Source: an uncultured Gammaproteobacteria bacterium (GTDB taxonomy: Bacteria > Patescibacteriota > Patescibacteriia > UBA11705). From it: 64,000 nucleotides of DNA. A program made the translations under genes and the position numbers. Location of the stretch: contig CAZQEI010000005.1 in the NCBI GenBank assembly GCA_964592195.1, positions 5,689 through 69,688 of the forward strand, given 5' to 3'. The notes beneath the pieces were generated by a model that was not told the origin of the DNA, searched no databases, and was given only the letters and a program-made list of their open reading frames with translations. Each line of letters starts with the position of its first letter. The first letter of the stretch is position 1. Shown one piece after another: positions 62,845 through 64,000 of the stretch.

Positions 62845-63910
62845 CCTCTTTAGCGTGACTCAAGCATCTTTCACCTAGTTCGTTCAATCGAACTATTAAA
62901 GATTTACGTTCACTTTTATATCTTTGATATTCAAAATTGGTTTCCGGTTCATCGCCCTGCGCAAAAGTTTTCTTTATTTCACTGTATTTATAATTATGAG
63001 CAGAAAAATCTTTTTTTATTTGTTCCAGGCGATCAATGTCCTCTGAATAATCAAAATATTCCATTAATGTTTTCAAATAACTAAACAGTAATTCAAACCA
63101 ACGGGTTCTCCATTTATTATTATACGCCGGATCTTCAACATCATAATCCATAGTATTTTCCACATTTAACGGGGAGGTAGAACCAGACATTGCCACCAAT
63201 TTCTTTAATCTTTCCAAAACCACGGGATCTACCGGTTTCTTTTCCATATGCAAATGTGGATCATCGTTGAATGATAAATATTTTTCAACCTGTTTAATCA
63301 GGGCCTGAATTTCGGTTAATTGCGTTTCCGTGGTTTCAGGAATTGGGCCACGTTGCCGATGTTTAATCGGCGACTGGGCAGGATCCAATTGTTGTTCGTC
63401 TTCGAAGGACATATTTTTATGTTTTAATTGCCAATTCAACGGATTGTTTTCAATATAGGCGCGAATTTTATTTAATGATTGTTCATTGCGAATAATGTGA
63501 TCGTAGAATGATTTTTGCCACACGAATTCATTATCACCATTTTCCCGAAAATATTTGGTAACGCCAATTTTAAAACCACGAACAATCGATGAAATGGATT
63601 TTGACCATTTTGTTTGCCATGGTAGGGAACAAACATTTTTGTTCCCTACGTTATGGTCAAAATATAATATTCCATGAATATGATCTGGCATTATAATATG
63701 ATAATCCAATCGACATTCGGGAAAATGTTTTGGTATATCCAACCAACAATCACGCACAAAAATACCATAATCATTTAAAACCATTTCACCATTAACAATA
63801 TTACCAAACCAAAACAATCTATTTTTCGTACAAATCGTTATATAATACCATCCCGCCTGCGAATAATCCCACCCACGCAATCGATTTAATTTTCGATTTT
63901 TCCCCTCCAT
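62819..63910 (-). CDS. REP-associated tyrosine transposase (RAYT/Y1 HUH) fused in frame to an unrelated ~197-aa region
   Basis: RLRGWDYSQAGWYYITICT, MPDHIHG (HUH), VWQKSFYDHIIR, YIENNP (catalytic Tyr); then MSFEDEQQ... from 63412. Confidence 0.88.
   Translation of the reverse strand: MEGKNRKLNRLRGWDYSQAGWYYITICTKNRLFWFGNIVNGEMVLNDYGIFVRDCWLDIPKHFPECRLDYHIIMPDHIHGILYFDHNVGNKNVCSLPWQTKWSKSISSIVRGFKIGVTKYFRENGDNEFVWQKSFYDHIIRNEQSLNKIRAYIENNPLNWQLKHKNMSFEDEQQLDPAQSPIKHRQRGPIPETTETQLTEIQALIKQVEKYLSFNDDPHLHMEKKPVDPVVLERLKKLVAMSGSTSPLNVENTMDYDVEDPAYNNKWRTRWFELLFSYLKTLMEYFDYSEDIDRLEQIKKDFSAHNYKYSEIKKTFAQGDEPETNFEYQRYKSERKSLIVRLNELGERCLSHAKEDVKKVRTV
63622..63649. repeat. GTAG-ended palindrome inside the RAYT gene
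   Basis: gtagggaacaaa-catt-tttgttccctac, a perfect 12-bp stem translated as VGNKNVCSLP. Confidence 0.85.
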
Positions 63911-63917
63911 GGCATTA

Positions 63918-64000
63918 TTAAAATCGATTCACCCAATCACCAATATGAAATAAATCGCGACCGGTAATAAATAACATTAACGCAATCAAAATCGCAAAAC
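63918..64000 (-). CDS. rseP: 3' end of a site-2 protease (RseP family), partial
   Basis: Manual translation FAILIALMLFITGRDLFHIGDWVNRF* matches the GF..L..LM...T..D C-terminus. Confidence 0.65.
   Translation of the reverse strand, partial: FAILIALMLFITGRDLFHIGDWVNRF

Overview
An AT-rich chromosomal window read with genetic code 11, with almost every gene on the minus strand. Gene content and compact organisation suggest a CPR/Patescibacteria (Parcubacteria-like) genome; this is an inference. The housekeeping backbone is gatA(partial)-gatC, ligA, two tandem gpmI, eno, pgk, a group 3b-like NiFe hydrogenase cluster with a minimal hypA, tRNA-Gly(CCC), two CsoSCA-like beta carbonic anhydrases, a complete F1Fo ATP synthase operon, tatD, cvpA, metG, rsmI, a translin-like gene, mltG, manC, uppP, mutM, pilD, gap, a RAYT-type transposase and rseP(partial). 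Three unexplained systems are overlaid on it. (1) A ~1.55 kb GC-rich, densely base-paired transcription unit (45952-47508) with no credible ORF, a perfect sigma70 promoter and an intrinsic terminator. It is a candidate giant structured ncRNA that I cannot match to rRNA, RNase P, tmRNA or self-splicing introns. (2) Sixteen genes in five loci share a ~50-60 aa N-terminal leader fused to unrelated bodies (beta-propeller-like or CLec-like). One is a near stand-alone leader gene directly after the prepilin peptidase, so this may be an export or targeting tag with an effector/adhesin repertoire. (3) Several families of 18-45 bp hairpin micro-elements insert cleanly without target duplication into other repeats, a tRNA remnant and in frame into mutM and gpmI, next to candidate mobilisers (RAYT, GIY-YIG, four-helix-bundle genes). 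All comparisons were made by eye; no searches or folding programs were run.
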